DNA of 58,374 nucleotides, counting the filler, from Dugesia japonica (Eukaryota): NCBI GenBank assembly GCA_001938525.1. It is 5 parts of 5 records of this genome, joined end to end, with 100 filler letters (N's around TTAATTAATTAA, not from the genome) between each part and the next. Parts side by side here need not be neighbours in the genome. Positions count along the whole stretch, not along the records: positions 1 to 9,538 come from MQRL01644382.1; positions 9,639 to 19,076 come from MQRL01643409.1; 3 more parts are not named here. The stretch is one strand, 5' to 3'. Below, one piece after another: positions 1 through 11,450 of the stretch (its first letter is position 1; every line of letters begins with the position of its first letter). The notes beneath the pieces were generated by a model. It made no database searches and was not told where the DNA came from. It worked only from the letters and a program-made list of their open reading frames with translations. The position numbers were made by a program, and so were the translations under genes.

Positions 1-828
1 AACTAAGATTGTTTAAAGATTAACCCAACTGACCAATCTTCAGAAAAAGTTAGACCAAGTCACCCAAAAATTACCCAATCAAAACAATCCCGAGGAATTA
101 TTTGATCAAATCACCTAAAAATTACTCTAAATCATTCAAATATTGACCATATTCTACCTCACCGAGAATGTTTTCTTTTTAAATCATCCAAAAATTACTC
201 AAATTAATCAATCCTGACCAATTTCGCCTAAATCAACCAAATATTACCAATCCCGAGAAAAAATTTAACCAATTACACCTTAATAAACCAAATATTACCA
301 ATCCTGGGGAAAAATTCAACCAATTACTCAGACTAGTCAAAAATTGGTTACAATCGACTTCACCGAGAAATTTTCTGACAAATTCGCCTGAACAATCAAA
401 AATTGACCTCATTCCACCTCACCGAATAAATTACCAACTAAACACAAAAGCAAAATTAAACACCACTATCAATTTATTTTTAAAAATTTATCCCCTTTTT
501 GAACTTCTTTAAAAAATTTTATACCCTTTTTAAATTTCTTTTAAATTTTTATGCCCGTTTTTGAATTTCTTTTTAATTTTATGCCCGTTTTCTTCATTGA
601 AAAATCAATGCGAGCAATGCGCCACTGGAGGGTGGGGGGTATAAAAATTTTTTTTCAAAGCCTATTTTAAATTGTATATGAAATTTTTTATAACATATTT
701 TAATTATTTTTTTCAAAGCCGATTTTTAATTGTATATAAAATTTTTTATAAGATTTAAATTTTTTTTTGCCGGGGGGGGGGTCTTCAATGAAAAATCAAT
801 GCGGGCAATGCGCCACTATCTACCTACT
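1..828 (-). mobile_element. Polinton/Maverick-like terminal region (subterminal degenerate repeats plus terminus)
   Basis: Ends ...CGCCACTATCTACCTACT at 828 (reverse complement AGTAGGTAGATAGTGGCGCATTG), resembling termini at 3602, 21289 and 31689. Bases 1-430 are a degenerate repeat array like the reverse complement of 21650-22500. TTCA(T/A)TGAAAAATCAATGCG(A/G)GCAATGCGCCACT is duplicated at about 593 and 784. Confidence 0.55.
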
Positions 829-1920
829 GTCCAGCACTACTAAAAATAATGCTAATAATGTCAATATATCGTCAATGGCATTTATGTCTAGAATAATCAA
901 TAATTTCGACATTTCTTGCCAACAATAATGACAATATTAATAATAGGAAAAATATTGATGTTATTAATTAATATCATAATGTTGTGACATAACCCGACTA
1001 GATTAACTACACAGATTGATATTAACTATAGCCAATATCGTTTGAACCACAAATAACTTATGAAATTAAACAGGAAACATTCCATAATAAATTATAATCA
1101 AATTGAACGATAAGAAAAAAACAAAAGCATTAAAATTAAATAAAATACAATATTCCAATAAAATGAACGAATTATGAATAAATCAAATGATAAACGAATT
1201 ATTAAATGATTTAATTGTTTTAAAGAATAAATTCATGGAATAATAAAATAATTTGCAACAAATCAAATCCGTTTACCAAAAATGGAATTATTTTTCAAAT
1301 TAAATCAACAAATGAAAATATGGGATATTTAAAAGAGTATAAATACCTGCGCAAAAATTAAAGAATTCAGAACTTTAGCGGAGAAATATTTTACGAAATC
1401 TGTTAAACCCAATCAATTAAGAATTTTTTTCTTTGTTAAGGAAATTGTTTAATCAGGATGATAATTGAATAAACTAATCAGTCAAATCAGTTTCCGTTCA
1501 AAACCAATTGTATCAACCAGTATAATAAGTCAGAGTAATCTGAGACTTATCTAATGGTCTAAATCCACGAGTCTAACGAATATTCAATATTAGTTATTAA
1601 ATATTTTAATCATTGATGTAAATCTATAACTTGAATTAATGTTTAATGATCATTTTACAAAAAGGTTCATTTAAAAATCAAAATAACATATAGAGCTTCG
1701 TTGTTAAATAAAATTATATTGATAGAAAATGCTTTACTGCATTTCATACGGTTTAATTTTTAAATAAACAAATATAACATAATCTCCATTCATTACCGGA
1801 ATCATCATAAACAAGGGCATCTAAACATCATCGAAAATTCTCATTTCTTTGCACTGTCTTTTTGACCAATAAATTAAAATTAGGTAATAATAATGTAATG
1901 CATATATCCATTCAGTACTT

Positions 1921-1992
1921 CAGCGGTTTCCAAACTGGGAGGCGCGGGCTATTGCCAGGGGAGGCGCCAAAAACTTTTTAAGAAAACAAAAA
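1921..1992 (+). mobile_element. hAT (Buster/Charlie-type) transposon left end, remainder in gap
   Basis: CAGCGGTTTCCAAACT matches the Buster/Charlie TIR start. The preceding 8 bp CAGTACTT fit the nnnTAnnn target pattern. The other end is not seen. Confidence 0.55.
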
Positions 1993-3601
1993 NNNNNNNN
2001 NNNNNNNNNNNNNNNNNNNNNNNNNNNNNNNNNNNNNNNNNNNNNNNNNNNNNNNNNNNNNNNNNNNNNNNNNNNNNNNNNNNNNNNNNNNNNNNNNNNN
2101 NNNNNNNNNNNNNNNNNNNNNNNNNNNNNNNNNNNNNNNNNNNNNNNNNNNNNNNNNNNNNNNNNNNNNNNNNNNNNNNNNNNNNNNNNNNNNNNNNNNN
2201 NNNNNNNNNNNNNNNNNNNNNNNNNNNNNNNNNNNNNNNNNNNNNNNNNNNNNNNNNNNNNNNNNNNNNNNNNNNNNNNNNNNNNNNNNNNNNNNNNNNN
2301 NNNNNNNNNNNNNNNNNNNNNNNNNNNNNNNNNNNNNNNNNNNNNNNNNNNNNNNNNNNNNNNNNNNNNNNNNNNNNNNNNNNNNNNNNNNNNNNNNNNN
2401 NNNNNNNNNNNNNNNNNNNNNNNNNNNNNNNNNNNNNNNNNNNNNNNNNNNNNNNNNNNNNNNNNNNNNNNNNNNNNNACTTGTAAATGATCACTACTGT
2501 TGGGTATTCAACAAAAGTTAATTTAAGTTTGAATTATGTTTTTAGTGCATTAATTAGATGTTTGGATTGTATGTAAATACAATATTTTATAATCAATATT
2601 TTAATCAAATTTTTATAAATATGGTATGTAAGTGATAATTATATAAATAACAAATACACGCCTTTACCAAATTAAATTGGGTGTATTTAACAATATATCA
2701 GTAAAAGCTAGAAGTAAATTTTTAAATTTCTATTTCAGCTTCGGCTTAGACCTCATTGAAATAAGAAATGGGTGAACAAATACTAAAATGAATTGATATT
2801 TAAACTGATTTCGGTTGCTTATATGTACATACAATACATATTTTATCCAAAATCAATAAAACCATTCCATAAAATTACATCAAAATCATTTCGTTGTTCT
2901 CATAATATTTATTCAATTACACATAAAATTGCTGAAATCAATTAATTTTTCTTGAAATATTTAATCCACTTTTAATTAGTGCTTTTTATTTACAATAATT
3001 GAGATTCTCACTGCTAAATTATAAATCGATTATTTGTCTACACAGTAAAAATAAAATTAATTTTAGTAACTTTGGGATTCCAGGCTTTTTGATGTTCATT
3101 TGTATAATATACTCTCTGGTTGTTATACACTTCTCTTTGTTGAAGTGGCAAGTGATTTGTAAATTAATGATTTTTTAAATATTCAAAAATATACTATCGA
3201 AACAAAATGACTTATATATAATTTTAATAGACATTAATCGCCCACTACCAACAATTTTCCTAGTTTAACTTGTTTTTTTTTCTTTTGTTAATGGAGATGA
3301 TTTTTCTAGTTTCACTAGAACTTCAAGTTCAGTTTCGGATTATTATTCTAGTAAAATATTCTAATATGTTTTGGAATTATTGTTTTGAAGTAACTTCATA
3401 ATACATTTTAATTAATTTTAGAAAAGTATTTTAATTAAATCTAGTAAAACATATCAAAATACTTTTCTAGAATATATTATTAAAATATTTTACAAAACAT
3501 ATTATAAATAATTTCTATAAATCACAGATATTTTAAAATATTATTAGAAATACTTTACTAGAATATATCATTAAAATATTACTAAAATACTTTTTATCAA
3601 T

Positions 3602-3640
3602 AGTAGGGGCATAGCGGCGCACCATACCAACCCCGGGGGT
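3602..3640 (+). mobile_element. Polinton-like left terminus
   Basis: AGTAGGGGCATAGCGGCGCACCATACC resembles AGTAGGAGGATACTAGCGCACGATACC at 21289. Confidence 0.45.
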
Positions 3641-4311
3641 GTGTTAGAAATTTTATTGGAAAAATAGACAAAAATAAATAATAACAAAACAATTATCCAT
3701 TATCAATCATCACATTTGTTTATCCTGAAGAGTACCTTTAATCATTCTCATTAGCATAAATGACATTGTTTAATGATTGACAATATTTTTTATTTGCAAA
3801 TTTTGATAATTCTCAACAAACTATTTAAAATTCAATCATTATTTGTGGTCCTAAAGAGGACCACAATTATTTTCATTGAATTATTGGCATTTAATTTCCT
3901 TCATTCCATTAAATGCTAGGAGAAATATTCGTCCATAGCATTGTTGAATTTTGATACAATTGGTTTGCGAAATATTTCTTCATCCAAAAATTCATTATAA
4001 AAAGGTTCTAAACCAAATAATTTCTTGATTCTTCCTAATTGTCATCAATAAAATTTGCGATCGAATTGCAAAAAATTATGATTTTTGTGTTTGCTGCAAT
4101 TATACCCGTTCCGAATTTCACATTGATTGAGGTGTCGTATGATCGACCTGTCATATTTATGATTTCTGGTGGCTACGAATGCAATGGAAGATTTTCAATC
4201 ACACATCCGCCATATTGATATTTGTTGGGTCCCATCTTATGAAAGTCCTGACGGATGGTTATATGGATGGGATTATTAAAATGCTCAGCGCAAAATTTGT
4301 CTTGCCAATAT

Positions 4312-4641
4312 CTAAATAAATAAAATTTGATTTATGTTTAAGTTTATATTCCCAGTTGAGCCAATAAATACTTTTGTCCGTTCAATAGAAAAAATGTATT
4401 TTCCAATTTGGATTAAATTTTGCTTTAGTCGGTTTCCCAATTTTTCAATAAGATTATTCTGTAATTTGGATTGCAATCTTATGTAATTCAAAGGTTTCTC
4501 TTCCACCATTTTCAATCCATCGTCAATAGTTTCACTATCCAAAAAACAAGACCAGAAACATCGATCTTCTACTTGTTTACGATAACCACTTTTCATTTTA
4601 AATCTATTTGGGACGGCTCTAAAAATTTTTGATAAATTCAA
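4312..4641 (-). pseudogene. Hypothetical protein fragment in a decayed minus-strand gene cluster
   Basis: 109-aa ORF with protein-like composition inside a run of interrupted minus-strand frames (about 3.8-6.55 kb). No recognised motif. Confidence 0.3.
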
Positions 4642-4831
4642 TATTTTTTTACCAACATCTTTATACTCGATACCTATAAATATTTTATATTAAATAAAGA
4701 TTTGTAATGTAATTGATTAATACTTTTTACTGTTAATTTTAATAATGAAATTGCTGATTGACACGATAAACCGATTTTGAACGTTAAAAAACATTCTGTA
4801 ACGTTATCTCCACCTGATTCCACTTCTTGTG

Positions 4832-5143
4832 TCATAAAAACTTGGACTTATCGTTTAAAATTTTCTGAAAGGTTTCATTTCTATTCTTAAAATGCCTCGA
4901 ACTTACATTATACCGAAAATTCCGATATCTTCGGTTTGTAACACGAGAACATCCACCACAAATGACAGCATTGAGTTTTGGATATAATTTGGATGTACAA
5001 GGCATTATTGATTGGAATTCATCGCCATCATCCAAATCTACATTATTATTAGGAAAAATAATTTCATTTTCGCGCTCAGATGACTGGAATACAGATTTTT
5101 GAATTGGTTCTTTATTAAACACTTTTTTGGTATCCTTCGTCAT
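4832..5143 (-). CDS. Hypothetical protein
   Basis: 103-aa ATG-initiated ORF with an acidic stretch and CxxC. No family recognised. Confidence 0.3.
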   Translation of the reverse strand: MTKDTKKVFNKEPIQKSVFQSSERENEIIFPNNNVDLDDGDEFQSIMPCTSKLYPKLNAVICGGCSRVTNRRYRNFRYNVSSRHFKNRNETFQKILNDKSKFL

Positions 5144-5180
5144 ACTTGATGTTCTAACAGTTTTTATAACTGAATATTAT

Positions 5181-5320
5181 TAGTTAATGAGTTACTCAAT
5201 AATATATATAGTTATTAAGTTATTCATTAATATATGTAGTTATTAAGTTGCTCAATAATATATATAGTTATGAAGTTACTCAATATATATAATTAAAGTG
5301 TTACTCAATAATATATATAT
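5181..5320. repeat. Minisatellite, about 28-bp unit x about 5
   Basis: Imperfect repeats of TAGTTATTAAGTTACTCAATAATATATA. Confidence 0.8.
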
Positions 5321-7952
5321 TTTTTATTTTACTAAATGACTAAATTTTGCTTGCTTTTGGTTTCGAAAATCCTATAGTATTTTGAAGATTTTAGTTTTTT
5401 AGAATAACTAAATCCAGTTTTTCATTCTTAAATCAAAACTATTTTAAGAATACTCGTCATTTTGAACATAGAAACTTATATTGAGTGTTTTAGTGATCTC
5501 TAGATCACCCTTATTGTTCTCATCCATGGTTTTTATTATAACTTCCAAATCCAAAGTTACATTATAAGAGGGTACATTTTTATTTGTACATAAAGATCCC
5601 AGGACGTTTGTTCTGAGCAGGATTCCTTTGTTTCATTATTTTAAACCTTCATCCTAACTACATAATGGCTCATATTTATCTTTATATTTATAATTGGTAT
5701 GTTCCATTTGCATGCGTTTCGCACATTTATTACAAAATAATTTAAAATATGACATTTTTACAGACACATTTACTAATTACATTTAAAAATTAAATGTAAT
5801 GTTTCTTTTTTGATTCCGGGTAAACTAGGCCAATAATTTTTCTTTTTATATTGTCTTTCTTATATTTCTACAAGCTTCGCATGTATCTTGTTCTTCGTGA
5901 TACGAATGATTTACTGTTATAACTTCATCGATATTGATTCCAGAAAAATTATATTTTTTTTACAAATTTATTTCGTTGCCCAGAATTTAGAAATATACCT
6001 CAATTTCGGATAAAGCTTTTCAAATAGATCAATAAATAGTTCATCATTTTATTCATGAAATTAATAAAATATACCTATAATAAATCAATAAAACTTTACT
6101 CTTCGTATTCCGCGACTGGCATTTTTCTTTAAACGTTTCCTATTTAAATCCGATTTCTTTACTTCTCTAGATAACTATTTCTTTCTAAATAACCATTTCT
6201 TTTGTATACGAACTACAATGTATATGATTCACTCGATTTCCATTAATTTTGTCCATTATAGCATTCGCAAAAACAGTGCCACTCTTATACTTTGTTATAC
6301 AAGCAAAACAATAAATTGCATACTGCAAATGCATTTTAAATCTAAATAGATAATTTAAAGAAATAGTCCAGAATCTAATTCTTCAATTTTCTGAATCTTT
6401 TTTATAACTATTTGATAATTTAAATCAGTTATCACAGCAATTTCTTTGACTGATTTTGTTAAATAAAATTTTTTTTATTTTGTTGAATTTGTCTTCATTA
6501 AGCTAGGAATTGTTTTCTTCTTTTTTATTGACATGATTTTTCATTTTAAATAATGTAGNNNNNNNNNNNNNNNNNNNAAACTATTTTTTGTAAAATAGTT
6601 ATTTATGAAATGCAAATAATTTTTAATGAAATCCCTTGTATATGCTGCTAAATTCAAAACATAACTAAATTTATATGCTAATTGAATTGCTTAAATTAAG
6701 TAATGAGGAAGTTCATAAAAATACAACTACAAAATACCCATGCCCAGGTAATAATAGTGTAATAATAATGTAATGCTTATGAGGTAAAAAATAGTGAGTT
6801 AGATGTGAGTTTGAAAGGAAATTATTAACATATAAATAATATAAATTCGAAATAAAATAGTTATTAATTATATAGCTCGAATGCTAACTGTAATTACCTC
6901 AACAACTAGTAGTTCTATAATATTTTATTAATTGCACTATAAATTGCACCTCAATTTAATGGGTTCTTTTATGATTTAAGGGACAATTTACTATTGTGTA
7001 AAATAGCCTATGCGAATTTTAACCCTTTTTTTATGATGTCAATTTGTTCGCCTATTAACACGGGAGTGGTTACGAAGTATATTATTTCCCCACTGATTAT
7101 TTTTTTGTTTATTTATTAAAAATGTAAATTACTTTAATCAATCCGAAATAAATCGATAACAATAAATTACACAATCAAAATAATAAAGTTGAAATTATAT
7201 ATATATACATGAATTTTGTCTATTTGAATCCAGGTTCGCCTAGATTCAGGCAATAAAAATACAATTATAATTATCAACTAAAATAATGATAACTATTTAT
7301 ACTGCAAATAAAAATTGCAACTCAATATATTTCAAATTTAAATATAATTTTTTCAAAAAAATCTGTGCTTGAAAGTATTTTACAGGCATATAAAAAAACA
7401 TTAATAAAAATAGTAGTAAAAAACAGGAATTACTAAATTTTGCGAATATAAACAGTTTATTAGTATTATTTTCTTCTTCTAAATGAGGATACAAAGAAAT
7501 ATTTGTAGGAATAGTGATTATTATAGATTATTATAATTGTCGAAAAAATAATAAATTAAAATACAATATTCTATACAACCTATCCTACAAACTAACATAA
7601 AAATTTGTCATTCATATCAAAATTTTATGTCAAATAAATTGAATCTTGCTCTGTAAAAGCACGAGGCTGTAATATGTGGTTATAAGCTTGCATGTACATA
7701 TATTTCTTTATTTTTTTAATCAACAGTTAGTTATAAGGTAGAAATTTATTTATTGATATTGGAAAAATCTTATATGATAATTTATTGATTATTATTTCAA
7801 AGCTGTGTGATATAACTTATTGACTATTAATTTTGATCGATTAGTCGAATAAGATAATAATTTATTTATTTTTAATTTTATAATTAACAGTTATCAGGTA
7901 GAAATTTATTCATTGCTATGTGATTAGTCGTAGCCTACGACTCGCAGTTGAT

Positions 7953-8083
7953 AGTAGATGTAAAATGGCGTTCGCCGATCAAGGTTGTATACCTTCACTA
8001 ACCTTACTATGTAATCTAGGAAAAAATAATGTATAGTAAATAAAAATAAACCATTTCTCGGCGAATACCACTTTACATCTACT
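7953..8083. mobile_element. 131-bp MITE-like element with 26-bp TIRs beginning AGTAG
   Basis: Left AGTAGATGTAAAATGGCGTTCGCCGA versus reverse complement of the right end AGTAGATGTAAAGTGGTATTCGCCGA. No TSD evident. Confidence 0.65.
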
Positions 8084-8656
8084 TGGGTTATTGGTTGAAT
8101 TTTTGAAATTTGAAAAATATAATTAAATTAAAAAAATAATAAAATGAAAGAATATACTTGTAATAATTGTAAAGAAAAATTTGACGGGAAAGTAAAATAT
8201 ATGAACATTTAGATAGAAATCGTTTTGACTTAAACTATTGTAAAACTGTTTTAACTTATGAATGAGAATTTGGATGTTGTAAGAAAAAATTAAAGATTAG
8301 TAAAAATAAGTTTAAAGAACATCAAAAATTATGTCTTATTAATAAATTTAAACCTCCAGGTGTAGTCTACACAAAAGAGGAAATTGAAGAAGCTCATAAA
8401 TATAATGTTAAAAATTATATTTTTAAGAATAATTATCAATATTATAAAAAATAAAACAGTAGATTTTTGTTATTAATATTTTACTAATCATAATCGTAAT
8501 CAATTGGCTGGTTTTTTGAATTTTGAAAAATATAAAATTAAAATAAACATGGTTAACAAAAATTTAAACAGAAACACAACACCTAAAAAATANAAATGGA
8601 AATAAAAACATGATAACAAATAAAATTTAAATAAACATATTTTTTATTATTAGAAA

Positions 8657-9186
8657 ATGGAAACAAAAATTAATCTTGATAATAATATTAATTTTCAACT
8701 TTTATATTTGAAAAATGATGTTTTAAGAATTTCACCTTCATCTGGTTCAATTAATAATTTAATNNNNNNNNNNNNNNNNNNNNNNNNNNNNNNNNNNNNN
8801 NNNNNNNNNNNNNNNNNNNNNNNNNNNNNNNNNNNNNNNNNNNNNNNNNNNNNNNNNNNNNNNNNNNNNNNNNNNNNNNNNNNNNNNNNNNNNNNNNNNN
8901 NNNNNNNNNNNNNNNNNNNNNNNNNNNNNNNNNNNNNNNTCTTCAGATGTAGAAATAATTAATGATCCAGGAATTTCATCAACAATATTAAATTTTGTAA
9001 CAACTAGTTCAACCTATAAAAATATTCATGGAGAATTATCAGGATGAATTCCAGATACGAACAAAGGAGATTTAGATGTAGAAGGTCTTGATACCAATCT
9101 TGGTTTTTATAAAAAGAAATTTGAAGGTTATTTTCCTTTGAAAAATTTATTTGGTTTTTTACAATGTTACAACAGATTGTTATATA
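8657..9186 (+). pseudogene. Polinton major capsid protein, N-terminal fragment (second copy)
   Basis: METKINLDNNINFQ...INDPGISSTILNFVTTSSTYKNIHGELSG*IPDTNKGD...KKFEGYFPLKNLFGFLQCYNRLLY aligns directly with the MCP at 57357-58000. Contains a stop and a gap and is truncated by an insertion. Confidence 0.85.
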
Positions 9187-9383
9187 TGTTGGGTATTGCT
9201 ACTCAACCAAAGATATTTATGGTTCGTAAGTTTGTAGCTATAAAAAAAACAATGTATTGATAAATTTTTGGATGTTGATTTTTCCCTTGTATGCTTATAC
9301 AAATATTATATAAAATATATGATTAACTGAAATGCTTTATAAATAGTGTAATATAATGTAACTGGGTCCTTATATAAATAACA
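9187..9383. mobile_element. Putative solo LTR (197 bp) inserted in the capsid fragment
   Basis: TGTT...AACA ends, flanked by 5-bp ATATA (9182-9186 and 9384-9388), with an internal TATAAATA. The TSD is low-complexity. Confidence 0.5.
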
Positions 9384-9428
9384 ATATAACAACCTTTATA
9401 ATACAATCCTTTATTTTTGGTGTATAAC

Positions 9429-9538
9429 TAGAGGTTGCAAAAAATCCGGATTTTCAAAAACCGTGGTTCCTGGTTTTTAATTTTTAGAAACTTGCGGTTA
9501 CGTTTCGGTTTTCCAAACTTTTTTTGTAAAAAAATCAT
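9429..9538 (+). mobile_element. Possible hAT-like transposon end
   Basis: TAGAGGTTGCAAAAAATCCGG start followed by AAACCG/CGGTT subterminal motifs, then a gap. Confidence 0.3.
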
Positions 9539-9582
9539 NNNNNNNNNNNNNNNNNNNNNNNNNNNNNNNNNNNNNNNNNNNN

Positions 9583-9594
9583 TTAATTAATTAA
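9583..9594. other. Artificial contig-joining spacer TTAATTAATTAA (also at 19121, 34394, 48038)
   Basis: Identical 12-mer with stops in all frames, embedded in similar-length N runs four times. Confidence 0.95.
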
Positions 9595-9638
9595 NNNNNN
9601 NNNNNNNNNNNNNNNNNNNNNNNNNNNNNNNNNNNNNN

Positions 9639-9734
9639 ATTTCTTTTTTATGGTTGTTTTTATCGTTTTATTTCTTTCTTCGGTTTGTTCACCACTTAGT
9701 GGGTGTTTCACTTCAACAAATCGCTCCCCGTCTT
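9639..9734 (-). promoter_or_regulatory. Polypurine tract (about 9724-9734) and start of 3' LTR (TG at 9718-9717)
   Basis: Minus strand reads TTCCGGGACGGAATTTAAAC-AAGACGGGGAG-CGATT-TGTTGAAG, a Gypsy-type PPT/LTR junction. The LTR is cut by the contig end. Confidence 0.65.
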
Positions 9735-9988
9735 GTTTAAATTCCGTCCCGGAATTTGCCATAGCTCGTACCCATTGCAGAACTTTTTTACCCTAATAAA
9801 ACCGACAGATTAAGGTAATTTTAAGGTCATTACCTGTCCATTGATAACACATGCAAATAAAAATTACTACATTATACATTTACTACGGTATACATCGATA
9901 CAGGTATAGTTCAGTTATTTACCAAGATCAATTAGTTATTATAGTTTAATAGTTAATTACAGTTTATTTACATCGAGCTTCCCTTGTT

Positions 9989-11143
9989 CTAATCTACTTC
10001 TTCCATTATGCTGCTCGGGATGTTGGTTCGGGGTTCAGACCCATATTTACGTAGTATTTCTGTCACGATCGAATGAGACAGGTTTCTTTTGAATTGATTA
10101 TGAGTCAATATGGAGGTTTTACTGTGTAGCTGGTTGGGCGCTGCAGGACCGAGTTGTTTACTCTGAGGTTCTTGTATTACCAATGGTACCGGTTTTCTAG
10201 NNNNNNNNNNNNNNNNNNNNNNNNNNNNNACCTGATCAATTATTTGGTTTATCCATTCCGGTATTTTGGATTTAACTGGAGTCAAACGGGGTTCCTGGAT
10301 TATTAACGGTGCGAATTGCCTTGGTATGCTGGACATTATTGGTTGCCATTCTGGAGCGGCTGGATTTAGGGTTGATTTAGGGATGTTTATGAGCCTCATG
10401 CTGGTGGAGTGTGGTAGAGCTGGTGTGACGATTGGATGAGATATAGGCCGGAACTTACTATGAGTTTGTTGTAGCTCTTAAATGGTTGAGAATTGTTCGA
10501 TCAGGTGTTGTTGTTTCTCTGCGATTTCTTTCTCTCTTTCTTGGCAGAGTGTTCTTAATTCGATAATTTCCTGTTCTAGAGCTTCTATATATTGTTGAAA
10601 GAATTCGTTCTTTTGTTGACATTCCTGGATTATGGATTCGAACTCAAAGGACAATTTTTCGATCCCAGCACGTACACCTTCTCTATTAGCTAAACTTGTC
10701 AGGAGTTGGTTTTCGGTGGAGAGGTGGTTCTTTTCAAATTGGGTGTTGAATAATTCTAATTTTAATAGTTGGGTATTTTCCCGTTCTATCGTCAGTTGGA
10801 ATTCCAATTCTTTGCATTTTGGTTCTATGTTTTCGTATTTACTTTTCCATTCGCGGGCCTGTTTTATTGCGTTTATTTTTGCTCGGTTGGCATCAATGTT
10901 GCTTTTGATATACTTTTGATGGGACTTGCAGGAACGGTTCTTAATTTCTAACGCCTGGCACGCTTTTTCTACTTGATTTTCTAATTTGTTATTATACTCT
11001 TGCAATTGCAAATTTGTGAGGGCATTGATTTTGGAATCGAGTTTTCATTTTAGTAATTCTGGTATTGTGGTCAAGGTTTGAGTTTGGGCCTGCAGTACTT
11101 GGATCTCGTGGCGTAAGTGATTAATTAAATTTTCGTTATTCAT
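9989..11143 (-). pseudogene. Retroelement accessory protein: long coiled coil plus Pro-rich tail with PAM2-like motif
   Basis: ATG at 11143 and ORFs 10478-11011 and 9989-10399 share one frame, separated by single stops. Heptad-rich N-terminal half; STLNPAAPEWQP in the C-terminal part. Confidence 0.7.
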
Positions 11144-11450
11144 TTTCTAAAATTAGAGAGAGGAATTATTATGATAAAATTTTGACAATTATAATATATA
11201 TAATTATTTACATATTTCATGTTATTTATTTAGTAATTTGCCCCTAATATTATACATTATTTACATATTTTAATCCTATTCTTTAATGAAATTTTATTCC
11301 TAGTGCCCGTCGTTTGATTAATTTTCGACACATAGGGCATTCATTTAAATTTATAGCACAGTTATAACATGTTTTGAAGTTTCCGCAGAGCAGGAATACA
11401 ACCTCTATGGTTTCGGTAAGACAGATAACACAATCGTGATCAAGCAATAC

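Noticed and set aside
980-1830. Solo LTR starting TGTTGTGAC with TATA and AATAAA signals
   Set aside because: No CA end with a matching target duplication could be identified.
1949-2494. ORFs made mostly of X (also 16493-16705, 31260-31499, 33614-33934)
   Set aside because: They stay open only because of N gaps. 16493-16705 is part of pol but uninformative.
9583-9594. Recurrent TTAATTAATTAA palindrome as a biological repeat
   Set aside because: Always centred in N runs, so it is an assembly spacer. Linkage across it is not evidence.
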